This document shows, one piece after another, positions 1 through 13,639 of a stretch of 64,000 bases of DNA; the stretch's first letter is position 1, and every line of letters begins with the position of its first letter. The position numbers and the translations under genes were made by a program. Location: positions 53,940,001 through 54,004,000 of the forward strand of contig NC_043012.1 in NCBI RefSeq assembly GCF_006345805.1, given 5' to 3'. The notes beneath the pieces were generated by a model, which was not told where the DNA came from, searched no databases, and saw nothing but the letters and a program-made list of their open reading frames with translations. This stretch comes from Octopus sinensis (taxonomy: Eukaryota).

Positions 1-1326
1 AGCAATAAACTGGGGTACTTTAGTTTAATGTATTAGTTACGGTTTACTTGTATAGATGTTTCTCTCTCACACACATTTTATGTGTATGTACAAATACATA
101 TATTAAATTACGAATTACGATCGATGATTACACACACAAACACACATTATATATATATATATATATATATATGACTGTGCAGATTCCAAAGAGGCTGATC
201 TGCGTCGGCAAGATTTATATCACTTAGGGAAATCAATAAAAAGAGCACAGTGAACTTGCCGTGAGAAGTGGAAAATCTAACGTTTCGGATTGTGACCTTC
301 TTCAAAGAAAATTTGGAATAATGAGAGAAAATTAATGAGAGATGGCAGAGTTGTACATCTTTCAATTTGCAAGCGGTTGAATTCTTTTTTAACTTGGATG
401 AAAACTGAAACTATCCGAAAAGTTTGTGTTTCCGCTCCTCCCAGGAAGAGTTTTATCATTTTTACTACATATATATATATGTGTGTGTGTATTTGTTTGT
501 GTGTGTGTATGTGCATGTGGTATGTAGACAAATATACAAATGTACACTCATAAACATCTTGAGTGTATGTGTATACATATATATTAACTTTATACGCAGT
601 AATTTTTTTACAACCATTAATATGCGTATATATATATATATTTTGTGTGTATTATTAAACCTCCAAATTAGTATGTTTTTCGACACAGTATATGTTTTTC
701 GAAAATATGTAAATGCCTATAATTTTGTGCATAGTTTTGTTTTGGCAACATAAGTAGCATCTTCATAAAATGTGTACCTGAAAGTGATCTAGAAAATAAA
801 TTTTAATGTCGATTTGGCAAATGTGTATCACTTAATCCTGTAAAACATATCACCCTGTCAAAGCAAGAAATATTTCATATGGAAATATATTAGGAATAAT
901 TATGTACGCATATTTGAAAATACCTCGTACGTAAATCTATTTAGCTGTGTAAAATTACAGCGTTAGCTAAGCATATTAAAAATATCTGTTCAAATATAAC
1001 TGTGTCTGGTTTTATTTACAAATGTGTTTTTTGATAGGATTATGAGTTGTAGTCGTCTAATTATTTCATATGCTATTTCATCAAGAGTAAATCGTTAATT
1101 GGTTGTGCAAAAAACCAGTACTTTCAAATTATATGCCCATCAACAGAATAATATAAAGCATATGACTGAAAATTGCTGTAAATGTGTAAACGACGGAACA
1201 AAAATATTTAGAGAATTTATACAATTTTCGAAATTATGAATTCAAAAACTATTTAAAGATCAATTCCTGCAATGATTTTTATGCATTAATATTAAAATAT
1301 ATTAAGAAAATATATTTTATGTATGC

Positions 1327-1362
<36 letters not shown>

Positions 1363-1365
<3 letters not shown>

Positions 1366-1707
1366 AAATTAGAGAATGGAGAAACATACTTAAATCATAA
1401 AACATCAACTATCCGATGATACCCAATCAATACTTTAATACACCATTACATATGAGTAAAGGCATTATACAAAATGAGATATACAGTAATAGTAAAAAGA
1501 TAAAGAGATATAAGTAAAAAATTTCAAATATAATATGCAATTAAATCAAAACTGACAGCTGTTTCGGCAGTGAGGGCAATCATACCTCATTTAACCTCTA
1601 AGCCATAAAGGCAGGTATAAATGAGGCATTAACAAGGATGCCCCACGGCCTCTTCAGAGAATTATTCGATCTTGAAAGGATGGACTTGGTGCAAACTTAA
1701 CTGTATC

Positions 1708-1759
<52 letters not shown>

Positions 1760-2404
1760 ATTAATAGTAATTTTTATTAACTTTCAAGCTTTAGAATTTT
1801 ATGAACTGAACCATGGTTTTAAGTTATTTTTCATCTCCCTATGTGTTAGTTTTTTTAAAAAAACTATTAGCCAATATGTATAATATCGGTACTTATTAAT
1901 ATTAATATATACATGATATATATTTTGTTTTATTTTGTTCTGTTTACCTTCCTTTATTGTACAATGAGTATTATATTATATAAGTGTAGCATTATGATGT
2001 ATAAGTTTTTATATTTTACATTTTTATATTTTTATATTTATATGTATATGGTTATATAATATTTTTCACAATTATAACAAATTAATTAATTCTCTGAAGA
2101 GGCCGTGGGGCATCCTTGTTAATGCCTCATTTATACCTGCCTTTATGGCTTAGAGGTTAAATGAGGTATGACTGCCCTCACTGCCGAAACAGCTGTCAGT
2201 TTTGATTTAATTGCATATTATATTTGAAATTTTTTACTTATATCTCTTTATCTTTTTACTATTACTGTATATCTCATTTGTATAATGCCTTTACTCATCT
2301 CATGTAATGTCGTCTGATGTGTATTAAAGTATTGATTGGGTATATCGGATAGTTGATGTTTTTTAGTATTTAAGTATGTTTCTTTCTCATTCTCTAATTT
2401 AGTG
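1363..2404. mobile_element. Inverted pair of ~300 bp Penelope pLTR-like repeats (1363-1663 / 2088-2404) with AT-rich spacer
   Basis: Arms are near-perfect reverse complements and each carries a hammerhead motif. Confidence 0.8.
2092..2199 (+). ncRNA. Type I hammerhead with long stem II (mirror copy at 1552-1659, minus strand)
   Basis: ct-CTGAAGA-ggccgtggggca...tgccctcactgcc-GAAA-C agct G-TC-ag. The core is intact, stem II is extended, stem III is a palindromic tetraloop, and the site is GUC. Confidence 0.75.
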
Positions 2405-2650
2405 TAGTATTATTTACGGTATATATTACCTTTAACCCTATTAATACAATAGATGAACTGATTGTTTCACACATTTTTAACATCTATGTATTAATCTTGT
2501 TGGGTACCTATCTGGCAGTATATTGGATATATATTATCCCATGGTGGGTGAATTTTCAACCCCTATCTCATTTTATAACCTATATATATATAGTATATAT
2601 ATATATATTATATATATATATATCAAAGAAGCAGTTAATTTTTTTTGAAA

Positions 2651-2925
2651 ATGAAGAAAGCACTACATATAGAAAACTGGTCATTGCAGTTTGATGGTAA
2701 ACGTATTGATGACCAAGAAAAATATGTGCTAGTTTTAAAGAATGAACGTAGAGGGATTAAGTTAGAAGCACTCTAATTACCAAACGGAAAAGCCGGTACT
2801 GTTGTGAAAGGAATAACAGCTGTTTTAGATGAATACAATTTATGGAACTGCGTAAAGATGATTGTCACTGATACAACGAGTGTGAACACTGGAAAAAGAA
2901 ATGGCACTGTCGTTCAGATGCAAAT
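2651..2925 (+). pseudogene. Decayed DNA transposase fragment (hAT-like RNase H fold)
   Basis: Translates WSLQFDGKRI...KLEAL*LPNGKAGTVVKGITAVLDEYNLWNCVKMIVTDTTSVNTGKRNGTVVQMQ, with an FDGK and DTTxxNTGxxxG pattern and one stop codon. Confidence 0.65.
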
Positions 2926-4566
2926 ACACTTTTATTCCGCATCCCTCTTGCGTTTACAAGGATTTACGCAGTGGACATACTGAAGTGTGAATCTAGTGTC
3001 ACCTTGTGATTATAGTTTTAAAAGCCCATAACTCCGAAACTACTTCAGCTAGAAAGCTGAAATTTCAGATATACTAATTCTGCATTGCATTGAGTCAACA
3101 CACCAAGTTGGGTAAAAACTTGAGCAGGTGTTATGAACCCCATTTGAATTTTGCATGATTTGGGTCAAAATTGCTGATCAATTTCTTAAGTTGAGGGTGA
3201 TGCTTTTTTTTTTTTTTTTCAAATGAAGCAAAATAAATGTTAGTTGCCTGATTTTTATGAAATTATTCACCGAATAATAGTACTGGGTTATCAGGTTGTG
3301 AAAAAGTCATAACCCTAATCTTTATATTCGCGTTTTCGTACAGCAGCGCTTGCACACACACAAACACACACGCACACACATACACACACATACATATATA
3401 TGTACAGGTGATGAAATAAAGTAGGAATTGTGGGATTGTAGTCGATATACTTGACTATATACCTCACCTAAATTAGAGATCTTTTGCCTGTACGGAAATA
3501 GCAGAGTCTTTAGATAAAACGCCTGTGGTGAACTCAGCATCTTTATCATTTTTACAATCGATAAGATAACGTGTTAGCGTTATTCTAACAGACTACACCA
3601 TCAATTACATGTTCTCCAATTGTTTAACCCTTTCTCTGTAATGTGTATACCACAGGTGATACGCAGGACATATTTCCCTGGTGTACATGCATCATATATA
3701 ATACACATTCACTATGTTTTCAAACACAACAGTAACTTGAGGTTTATGAAAGGAAGGCTTTATATTTCTTACAACCTATAAAACAAAAACAAAGTATATG
3801 TCTAAAAACAAGCATGAGCATTTAGACCAAACTTATGAAGATTATCTACATCCAAAATCGGTGGATTGGCTGAATTTGCAGAGCGGGAAATAAAAGGCAT
3901 TGCTCTGCCGAGTTCAAATTTTGCCGAACTCAGTTTCGCCTTTCCTTTCTTTCTGAGGGAGAGACTAATAAAACATAGAACTAACCAATTCTTGGCTTCT
4001 GTTTAATCAGCTACAACCACCCCAAGCAAGCTACGTGCAAGTAGTGCAAGACATGTACGATTTTTAAAAAAATCAATATTATCTGCCATATACAAAGTAT
4101 GAAGGAAGAGCTATTCAAATCCTATTCTAAATCATCGATTTTTTTAAACTACAGCGTCTTTGTGGTGGTGTACCCTGAATGCTTAGGTTATTTAGAATGA
4201 ATGGACGTAAGTAAACGTAATTAAAATCTTCCTCATAACGACAAAAGTATTCATGTGGATGTAGGCAGCATTAGTAAAGAAATATAATGAACTGAATGTG
4301 CTTATTAAATCTGGTTTTATACGAACATACGTGTGTGTGGGGGGAGGGCAAAAGTGCAGTGTCTGTAAATAGATAGATGACAATAGACAGATATACTGAT
4401 ACGTATACGTATAATGATATATATGTGTATACATGCATACAAATAAATATAATTTATATGATTTATATACATATGAATTATATGCATATATAATTTTTAT
4501 ATATAATATAATTTATATACATATAATTTATTTATATATGCAAAATATAATTTTTACATATCTATC

Positions 4567-4600
<34 letters not shown>

Positions 4601-4984
4601 GTGTGTATAAAATAATTACCAATATTATATACTTAATGTACGTGTGTTGCTTAAACGACAAGTGCTGCGGATTTTCGTTCGGACAAAAATCCCTTTCAAA
4701 ACATACGGTCTTCAAAAAAAAAAAACAATATAATTCAGAGATAAGCAAAGCTAAATTGCACCAAAACTAATCTCCAAACCGATAGATGCTTATTTTGCTC
4801 TATTCACAGCTTATCGATACCGTGCATTCGAATATAAAGTACACTGCATCTTTTAACACTATACGTTTTTAAAAGGACGATAAACTGTAGTCTCTGGCGT
4901 TTAAACAACACACGGGCGTTAAGTATATCGTGTTGATAATGATTACATTACACACACACACACACACACACACATCCATACAGA

Positions 4985-5400
4985 AGCTGGGTACGGGTGT
5001 GGAAATCAGCTGCCCAAGCGGATGTTGACATAAAGCTAAGGATCTGCGGAAAAGGAAATTAACTATTCTGGACTATTGAGAAATCTACAGTTACTTTATC
5101 TGGTTTACAAGCTCAGGTTTGTCCCTGTAATTATTGGGGCACTGGGATATGTGTGACACACTGCCTAAATACCAATCTTTAGAAATTAGGCTTCTGAAAG
5201 CCTTTCTGGCTTTCAGAAGACTGATTCGGAGACTACAGATCTAAGCCATCACTGGAAATTTATCTTTTAAGTTCATGTCGAGGCATGAGAATACATACCT
5301 AAAAGAAAACATACAAATCTGCGCATAAACATACATATATACATAGATACACTGTTGATATTGTTGAAATTCCAACGAAAGATCCTTGGAAAGAGTTTGG
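4985..5400 (+). mobile_element. 5'-truncated R4/Dong-like non-LTR retrotransposon 3' end (restriction-like endonuclease)
   Basis: Frameshifted VEISCPADVDI..YSGLLRNLQLLY..KLRFVPVIIGALGYVTHCL..KLGF..LIRRLQI*AITG. A homologous copy lies at 33040-33500. Confidence 0.7.
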
Positions 5401-5537
5401 GGGCGGAACACATACGCCATATAAACCGGGAAACCGGGCCCATGAGCCTGGCTAGGCTTTGAAAGGACGCATAAATAAAAATACATCATATATCTTATGA
5501 ACTTCTCTAATCTTTTTCTTTTTGTTTCTTTTTCCAG

Positions 5538-5823
5538 TCATCAAATGGTTATTTTGTCCACTACTTTATCCCTGAAAAACTGAAACCCATGAAAAAAGAT
5601 ATTTTATTTCTGCTAGACACCAGTAGTTCAATGATTGGTCGTAAGACGGACCAGCTAAGATCTGCTATGAAATTAATACTCAATGATTTAACTGGAGGAG
5701 AACGTTTTAACGTTTTGGATTTCAGTCATAAATTAGTGTTTTGGCGGCCAAAAATGACTTTATGGAGCGAGAAAAATAAAAACGATTGCTTAAAATGGAT
5801 AAATCAAAGGCCAATTGGTGGTA
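5538..5823 (+). CDS. ITIH-like gene, internal exon (start of vWA domain)
   Basis: Polypyrimidine-cag acceptor at 5535-5537 and a|gtaagt donor at 5823/5824. Translation SSNGYFVHYFIPEKLKPMKKDILFLLDTSSSMIGRKTDQLRSAMKLILNDL...FNVLDFS...PIGG matches the ITIH NGYFVHxF motif followed by vWA DxSxS. Phase 0 in, phase 1 out. Confidence 0.93.
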
Positions 5824-7182
5824 GTAAGTATTGCCATTTTTACTTCATCGGTTTTGTTTGTATGTTTGCTGAATGTATGGATAGATTCTTCGGAGAATAT
5901 ATATTGTTGAAGCGACAGGTACTCTATGAGCCAATTACATAAAAGTAACTTCTGTGCAACTATGTGGCAACTTGGGCATGCGTTTTATCTATTATTTGTT
6001 TTTAAATTAAATAGAGTTTTACAAATACTTAAAAAATTAAATTCGCTGCACGCAAATCATGTCACCGTGAGTATTTGTGTGTCTATGAACGTCTGTATAT
6101 ATATGGTAAAATCTGTCAAATTTAAGAAAGGTGCAAGCTTGGATTCCATATTTTTCTGTCTAAGAATTTTTTAGCCTAATCTTACACACGAGAATTTTAC
6201 AGCTTTATCTATTTCGACTTCCACCGTTAGAAACATATAGTAAAGATGAAGCGTGAATAGAGAGGTGGATGGACAGAAAGATTGAAAAGAATGATAATGG
6301 TGGTGGCGTGAGACCGACAGGTAAATTATAAAATATTGATGATGGTGTAAATAATTTTTAAAACATTATTTATTTATTTATTTAGTTTATCTATCCAATC
6401 ATTTATCATGCTTCGATTAACTTCTTGTGCTACATTTATTGACAAAACAAACAAAACATCAAAATAAGACAAAAAAAAACTAAAACAAAAACGGCACACA
6501 CGTTTGCGTTCATACAACAAAGAATAGGCTACTCGACAAAACCGCCTTCAGGCTACAATCAGATAAACCCTCCCCTCCATACAGAGACACATATGCAACG
6601 TACACAGTGATAGCTCCTAACGAGCCTTTCACTAGTGAGACTGCATGTCTGTTTCCAACCAATGGCGCCAGATACTTCAAGCCAGGTGTACGAACTAAGC
6701 GATCTAGTGAGGCAACTGTGTGTTGAATGTCACATGATAGTAAAAATTCTCGGCCAATTACTCCAGAGCATCGTGTGCCATGTAGGATGGAGCAGGGCCT
6801 CACAGGGAGACGCAGTTCCCCCTCCCTGGGCACCCTCTTCAATCTAGGTCTTGTTCACATGACTAACACATCGATGCAAGTGATGATGTCTTCTTCTTCT
6901 TCCAATCAGGACTCACGTCATTAGCCACAAAGAATAATCTCTAATTCGGGCCTACTCTAAGCTACTCAGAATGCGTGTGGTAACTTGAAAATCCACCCAC
7001 CACACGCGATAGATTGGCGGTTGCACGGGCACGAAAGCTACGTTGTTATCCTCATTCCGTAAACGGTGGCTTTTAACGAGTGAAAAGCTGAACCATCCTG
7101 GGGTACTGAAGATTCGCAATCTAGACTAGGGTCTGAAAGTTTTACCACACCATAGTAGGTTACACCATGGTTTCTCTGCTTT

Positions 7183-7368
7183 GTAACAGAAGTAGGAAGA
7201 ATGAGTGAGAGAAAGTTGTGGTGAAAGAGTACAGCGGGGTTCACCACCACCACCCCCGCCGGTACTCGTGGAGCTTAGGTGTTTTTGCTCAATAAACACT
7301 CACAGTAACCGCTCTGGAAATCGAAACCACGTTCTTACGACCGCGAGTCCGCTGCCCTAACTTGCGCC
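7183..7368 (-). mobile_element. SINE family B, partial
   Basis: Reverse complement of the family B head. Confidence 0.75.
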
Positions 7369-10300
7369 TCCACAAGTGATGATGTTGACTCTGAAACTTA
7401 ATGGAAAGTAGTGAGTTAGCCCGATATTGCCCTGGTTGCTCAAGAACCTAGAACTATCAGAAAGGACCACAACTCGATGTGCATCATGGTATTTTCGTGA
7501 GTACCCCGCAGAGCCTTCCGTCGCCCCTCTTCTTCACCTTCAGATCCTAATCAAAGATTAAGTCGTCTTTGATCTGAGTGCTTAAGTAGTCAAATCAGAA
7601 AACTACATAGTAACCTGAAATAGACACGCCTTAAAAGTATTGCCTCGGCATGAAACTAGCTAAAGAATAAGAAAATGTATTCTTTAGCTGTTCGTGCAAA
7701 AATCTATGTAAGATAACATTTTTAGCACCCAACAGGTAAACATTCATCCAGATCTATTAAAATCGATTTACTTAACTTAGGCAGTAAATGCTATTCAGAG
7801 CTCCTCTCTACTAATGCTTTGAGGTTTTTTTATTGTGATTGATCAAAGTGATTTATAGTGCTCATTGATGATTTTTTAATACCAAACTACCTGAGACCAA
7901 CACAGAATCTATGATACAAAACGTGACGTTTTAAAGAGTTTGCATCGAACATTTTCCAATAACAAACTTACATAAAGTTATGTTCCAAATTAAAAGCATT
8001 TAATAAAGAAAAACTAGATATTTTTACTGCATCTTTCCACGTTTTCAATTATAATTATCAAGTAAACGTATCTCATTAGAAATATCGATACGAAAAGTGT
8101 TGAATGCCAAATTTGTGCCTAATTAAATAACTCATTTCAAATTGCTAGAAATCGGAAGGTTTAGTATAGAGTTTACGAATTTAATTAGGAGGCCAAATGA
8201 TTTTATTAATTAAAATATTATATAATTGTTTGACTGGTCTGAAAAGAGGTTTGAAAATCATATAGCGCTCTGTGGAAATGTAAGAAATAAATAAAAATAT
8301 CAATGTGTCTAAGACACAACACACAAGTCAAATACATATATGCATACGTGTGTGTGCGTGTGCGCGTGAGTCTGTATGTCTGTGTGAATATGAGAAACTA
8401 ATTAAAGGCATATTAATTACTATACAAGCATATAAATTACCATACAAAATACGTTCTTGATTCTATTGCCATATGGAGGACACCGCAGCAATTTCATTGT
8501 ACAACTCAATCTCATTTCAGGTAAGAATTAACTTGAGTATCACTTTCCAGCGGCTGCAGTTGTTATGTCTAGCAGGTCGAGTAATCTCTTATCGCTTACC
8601 AGCGAACATAACTGTATTGTAGCGAACTTAATTCAATTTGCACTTTCCTCTCCTTCTCACTTAGAGATCTAAAGGGCAGTCATGCAGAAGGTTTTTTGGA
8701 GTGTTGGATTTAATGCATGGAACTGTTTAGTAATTCCTCAATCTGTTTAAACGTTTGAATACTGCCGAAGTCAGCTTCGACTTCAATCATCAAGTCCATG
8801 GTTCTCAGTCGGTATCGGCGATGTTTATCCAAGTAGTTTGAATTACCAACTCATTCTACTCTAGTGCAAGCGATCGACTATCTCAAAGATTCGTGTATTC
8901 TTAATACAACTCTTGGGTAGGTTCAGTGTAACATTCTATGTGAGATTTGGTCTTTGAAAGATGAGGCCAAAAAGATACAGCAAAATACGATTGTACAAGG
9001 TACCACGCGGTAGGATCGAACTCACCACCTGATGATTGCAAAGCCAAATTTTAAACAACTTAGCCATGCCTGCGTGTATATATATCTTCGTATCTTTTAC
9101 TTGTTTCAGTCATTAGACTGTAGCTATGCTGGGGCACTGCCTTGAAGGGTTTAGCCAAATAAATCGATGCCTAAATATTTTGCTAATCTCATAGTCATTC
9201 TACCGGTCCCTTTTCCCGAAATGTTATGTTACAAGGACATAAAACAACCAACACTGGTTGTGAGGTTTGGGTGGGAGACAAGCACAACTCAGACCCAAAG
9301 ACGAACACTTGTACGCGCGCGCACATACACACACACATATATGTAGTGTGTATGTAAAAGACTTCCACACATACACCATCAACCAAAATTCAATCACAAG
9401 ACACTGGTCAGACCACAGTTATAGTAGAAGTTATAAGCCAAAGGAGACGCGTAGTAGGACCGAAACCGAAACCACGAGTTAGATGTTTTGCAAACAACTT
9501 GTACATGCAAGTGCTACTAGTCGAAAGCTCCGTATACCGGAAGCCAGCTAGTGTATGGGGTGATCAGGAGAGAACGCGCGCCGTTTCGGATCCTACCTCT
9601 TGACGACATCATTGCGCACCGGACCCCTCACTGATATGAGGCCCGCTTGCTAGATCAACTGGTTATCAAATAAAGCTCAATATTCTTCTAGCCATCGCTC
9701 ATCGTCTCTTTTAACAAAATTCACACACGTACACATAAGAGATTTTTTATAGGATCCAAAACGCTGAATTCCTCTCAAAAGATATTGATTAATCCAAGCT
9801 TATTATAAAAACACCTCTGTGCCGCGCAGTAGTATCGAAAGTAGAACCACATAGTTGCAAAGCACACATTTTAACCCTGCAGATATCTCTAAGCCTATTT
9901 ATTTTGTAGTTATCTTTTACTTGCTCCAGTCACTAGAGGGTGGAGATGATGAGGCACCGCCTTAAAGAATATTTAGTTAAATTAATTGATCCTACTATCT
10001 TTTAAAGTTGGTAATTATTCTATCGGTCCGTTTTTCCGAACCGCTAAATTCAAGGGACATAAAACACCATCAGCGATATAGATAGATAGATATATAGATA
10101 GATACACGCGGCGGGCTTCTTTTCAATTTCCCTTCTAGCAAATCCACTGAGAAGACTTTCAGACCTGGTACTTATTCTATCGGCCTGTTTTAACGAACAG
10201 CTAAATTCAAGGGACGTAAACACACCATCAGCTATATATATACACGCGGCAGGCTTCTTTTCAATTTCCGTCTAGTAAATCCACTGATAAGGCTTTGATC

Positions 10301-12612
10301 GCCCCGAGGCTATAGTAGAAGACACTTGCCCAAGTTGCCACGCAGACTGAACCTGGAATGATGTGGTTGGGAAGCAAACCTCTTACCACGCAGCAACGCC
10401 TGCGCCAACTGGCTTCAATCAAATGTAGGTCATATCCTCAAAATGAGGATATGACCTACATTTGATTAGATCGTACTTGATTTAGTGACGCCAAATGGAT
10501 TAAAGACGAAGTCGACCTTGGCTGTATTAGAATTTCTGACACATGCGTACTAAACTAAATACTGCTATGTATGTATAATATGGGTTTTAACACTTCTGTG
10601 CTTTTATTTTTTAATAAAAATAAAGAAGACTTTTTGAGTGACCTTGAAAAGATTTTGCATTGTTAAACATAGGCTGAGTTAGGAATAGCTATGAAAATAC
10701 ACTAATGCCTGATTTTCAGTCATGATTTCAGATAAAGTATGGTGTAATTTGATAACATTGCACTTATTTTTTAAATGTTTTCAGTTGATCTGATTTAAAT
10801 TCTCTTCAATACTTTCATATATTCCCATACAATTACTTATTTGCAATTATAATGAATTGTGTCAAGTCTTCTATATATATTTAAACACAAGTCATGTCTG
10901 GTAAAGAGGTACCTTCTATATTTCTATATGATCACTCTTCCAGACAGAAATATGAAACCGCCCTCAAATCACACCGTTCTTTGACATGCATTCACCAAGG
11001 CACACGTGCCTCTCTAGCTGGAGGAATATTTCTCTCGACTCCAACTAGCGCCGTATATTTGGCGCTGTCCTTAGTTTCGCGGATTTCTTTACTCCTCACT
11101 CTAGCCCTGCAAGATAACGAAGGCGCTTTTGGCAAGATTTTACTTAGATCTGAAGTTGATATCCGGTTCCGAGAATTCACGTCTCTGGATTATCGGTCCC
11201 CGAGAGGTAAAAATTGACCTCGATAACAGATGATCTCAAAGCATAGAGATTCCGCCGCCTCACCATATCATAAAATAATAAAACATCCTTTTGGAGCTTT
11301 ATGGCCTCATAAGGGTTTTGTTTTCCCAGTTTCTGTGGAGTATATATTAACCCCCTGGATGGGAAGCCGGTCTGTCGAAAAATTACTCATATTTGATGGC
11401 TGATTGGACTCGAGCAACATGAAATGAATTGTTTTACTGAAGAACACGAGTCGCCTGGTCCAGGAATTGAAGACACAATCTTTCGACCATGAGTCCATCT
11501 CCCTAACCACTAGATCATACATCTCCACTTAACCATACTATACCGCCTTTAAAATTCAATTAAGCACTTCACACTCTATGGAACATAGGCTGACGACGGT
11601 TGTCCTCAATGTTCTCGACTCCGGTTTATCTATTCTGTAGCCTATCCAGCCCTGAGGATAGGTCTTACTTCTCTCGTGTCTTGCTAGCTTGGATTGTCAT
11701 TAGTGCTTCTGTAATTTTGCATGTTTTCTAGATAGGGCTGTTTTAGCCCTACACAAACCCATTTTTACCTTAGGAAGATGTAATCCATATTAGTCTGACC
11801 TCTGTTCTTTGACATTTCAAAGCATGGGTGGCCCAGCCAGGAGCTTACTCATATGCTGGTATCGCTAGACAATTGCATCAACCCCAATGCTCAACTCGTA
11901 CTTATTTCATCGACCCCGAAAGGATATAAGTTGAAGTCAAGCTCGGCAGAATTTGAATTCGGAACGAAATGCCGCTAAGCGTTTTGTCTGGTGAGCCAAC
12001 GATTGTGTCAGTTTTCCACCTGAGTAATAATGATCTTTTCTACCTGTAACACAAGGCCCAAAATTTTCAGGTGCAGCGCTAGTCGATTACCTAGACTCCA
12101 CTGCTAAACTGCTATTTATTTTATAGACCCCGAAAGGATGAAAGACAAAGATGACTAGGCGGAATTTGAACTCAGATCTTAAAGAGCTGGAAGAAATATC
12201 GCTAAAATGTTATCCAACGTGCTAACAACTATTCCTGCTCACCGCCTTACGTCGACTTGAAGAAGTGGGATGGCGAATTTCTGGACAAAAGATTTTATCG
12301 TGTTGCCTTTACATTTGGGATTCCTTCCGACGCATCCCATCTGAACGGTTCCCCCTTGGGCTGTGGAAACCACTAGAATAGCTCATTTTATTTCATTCTA
12401 ATAACACCGTTGTAAAGCACACTACCGCTACTGGATCGTTAACATATAATGATTTCAAAGTGGTTGTTATTATGATAAGATCTATAATTTTGGTTATCAT
12501 TATAATTATTTTTATTGCTAATAATCTTAGGTTCATCATATACATTACATACATAAATGTGTGTATGTGTGTATGCAATTATGGATATACATACATATAT
12601 ATATATATATAT

Positions 12613-13090
12613 AAATTAATTGTTATCGCCATATTAATATGGCATTCTTATAGATATAAGAATAATTGCTGCTGCTGGTCAGCTCCATGAGGCCACCGCC
12701 TTAAGATAGCTATTGATACACGATCTGTATCCATTATAACCTTCGAACAAGGGAGGTCAGCCGCTTCACACTGCCAGTCCGACAGCTACAGACGCGTTTC
12801 GGGGTATTGCCCCTTGTCAATGTAGCGCAGTCGGACCCCGCAGGTGTCGCCACTGACGACTCTGTTCGAAGGCTTATATTTACCTAGTTTCAGTGGAATA
12901 CATCCACTTGTTTTCAATAATAGAAATATTAAAATTACTAAGTCTCTATAAAAGAGATTACGACAGCGTTTACTGGAAATTAATTGTTATCGCCATATTA
13001 ATATGGCATTCTTATAGATATAAGAATAATCGCTGCCGCTGGTCAGCTCCATGAGGCCACCGCCTTAAGATAGCTATTGATACACGATCT
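12613..13090 (-). mobile_element. pLTR/retrozyme-like unit: 114 bp direct repeats (12613-12726, 12977-13090) enclosing a decayed hammerhead at 12786-12825
   Basis: Direct repeat is visible. Minus strand reads ctaca-ttgacaa-gggg caata cccc-gaaa-cgcg-tc-tgtag. Confidence 0.65.
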
Positions 13091-13207
13091 TCAATATATG
13101 TACAAATACTGTGTATATATATATTCATACTTACGTATGCGTACATATATATGTATTCATACTTATATATTCGTAAATATATATGTATTTATACTTATAC
13201 GTATATA

Positions 13208-13250
<43 letters not shown>

Positions 13251-13639
13251 TACACACACACACATAAATATATATTTATACTTATATAAGCGAATATATA
13301 TACAAATTTATACTTATATTTATCCAAGTACCGTTTGAAAGTTGTGGGGTGTTTTTCTACTTAAATTTCTTTCGAGATAACATTGAAAAGAGCAGAGCCG
13401 TGTGCAATGAAGAAATTGTGACGCAATGTTCTTATGTGATGTGATCTCGACCAATTTAGGGGACGCATTGCACGGGGGACCTAGTCTTGGGTGAATTGTA
13501 AACAGAATATCAATATTATTTGGATAATATTGGTGGAATACTTTCCATATGGTGCAAATAATGTATCGCTCACGGCGGCACTGCAGAGAATAGTTTCAGC
13601 TGTTTAAGTCGAGCCCAAAAATCAAGTGGCGCTTTGATC

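Noticed and set aside
10894-11217. 107 aa ORF with a small GC hairpin (11047-11066)
   Set aside because: No recognisable domain or splice-phase fit to ITIH; probably an unclassified repeat fragment.
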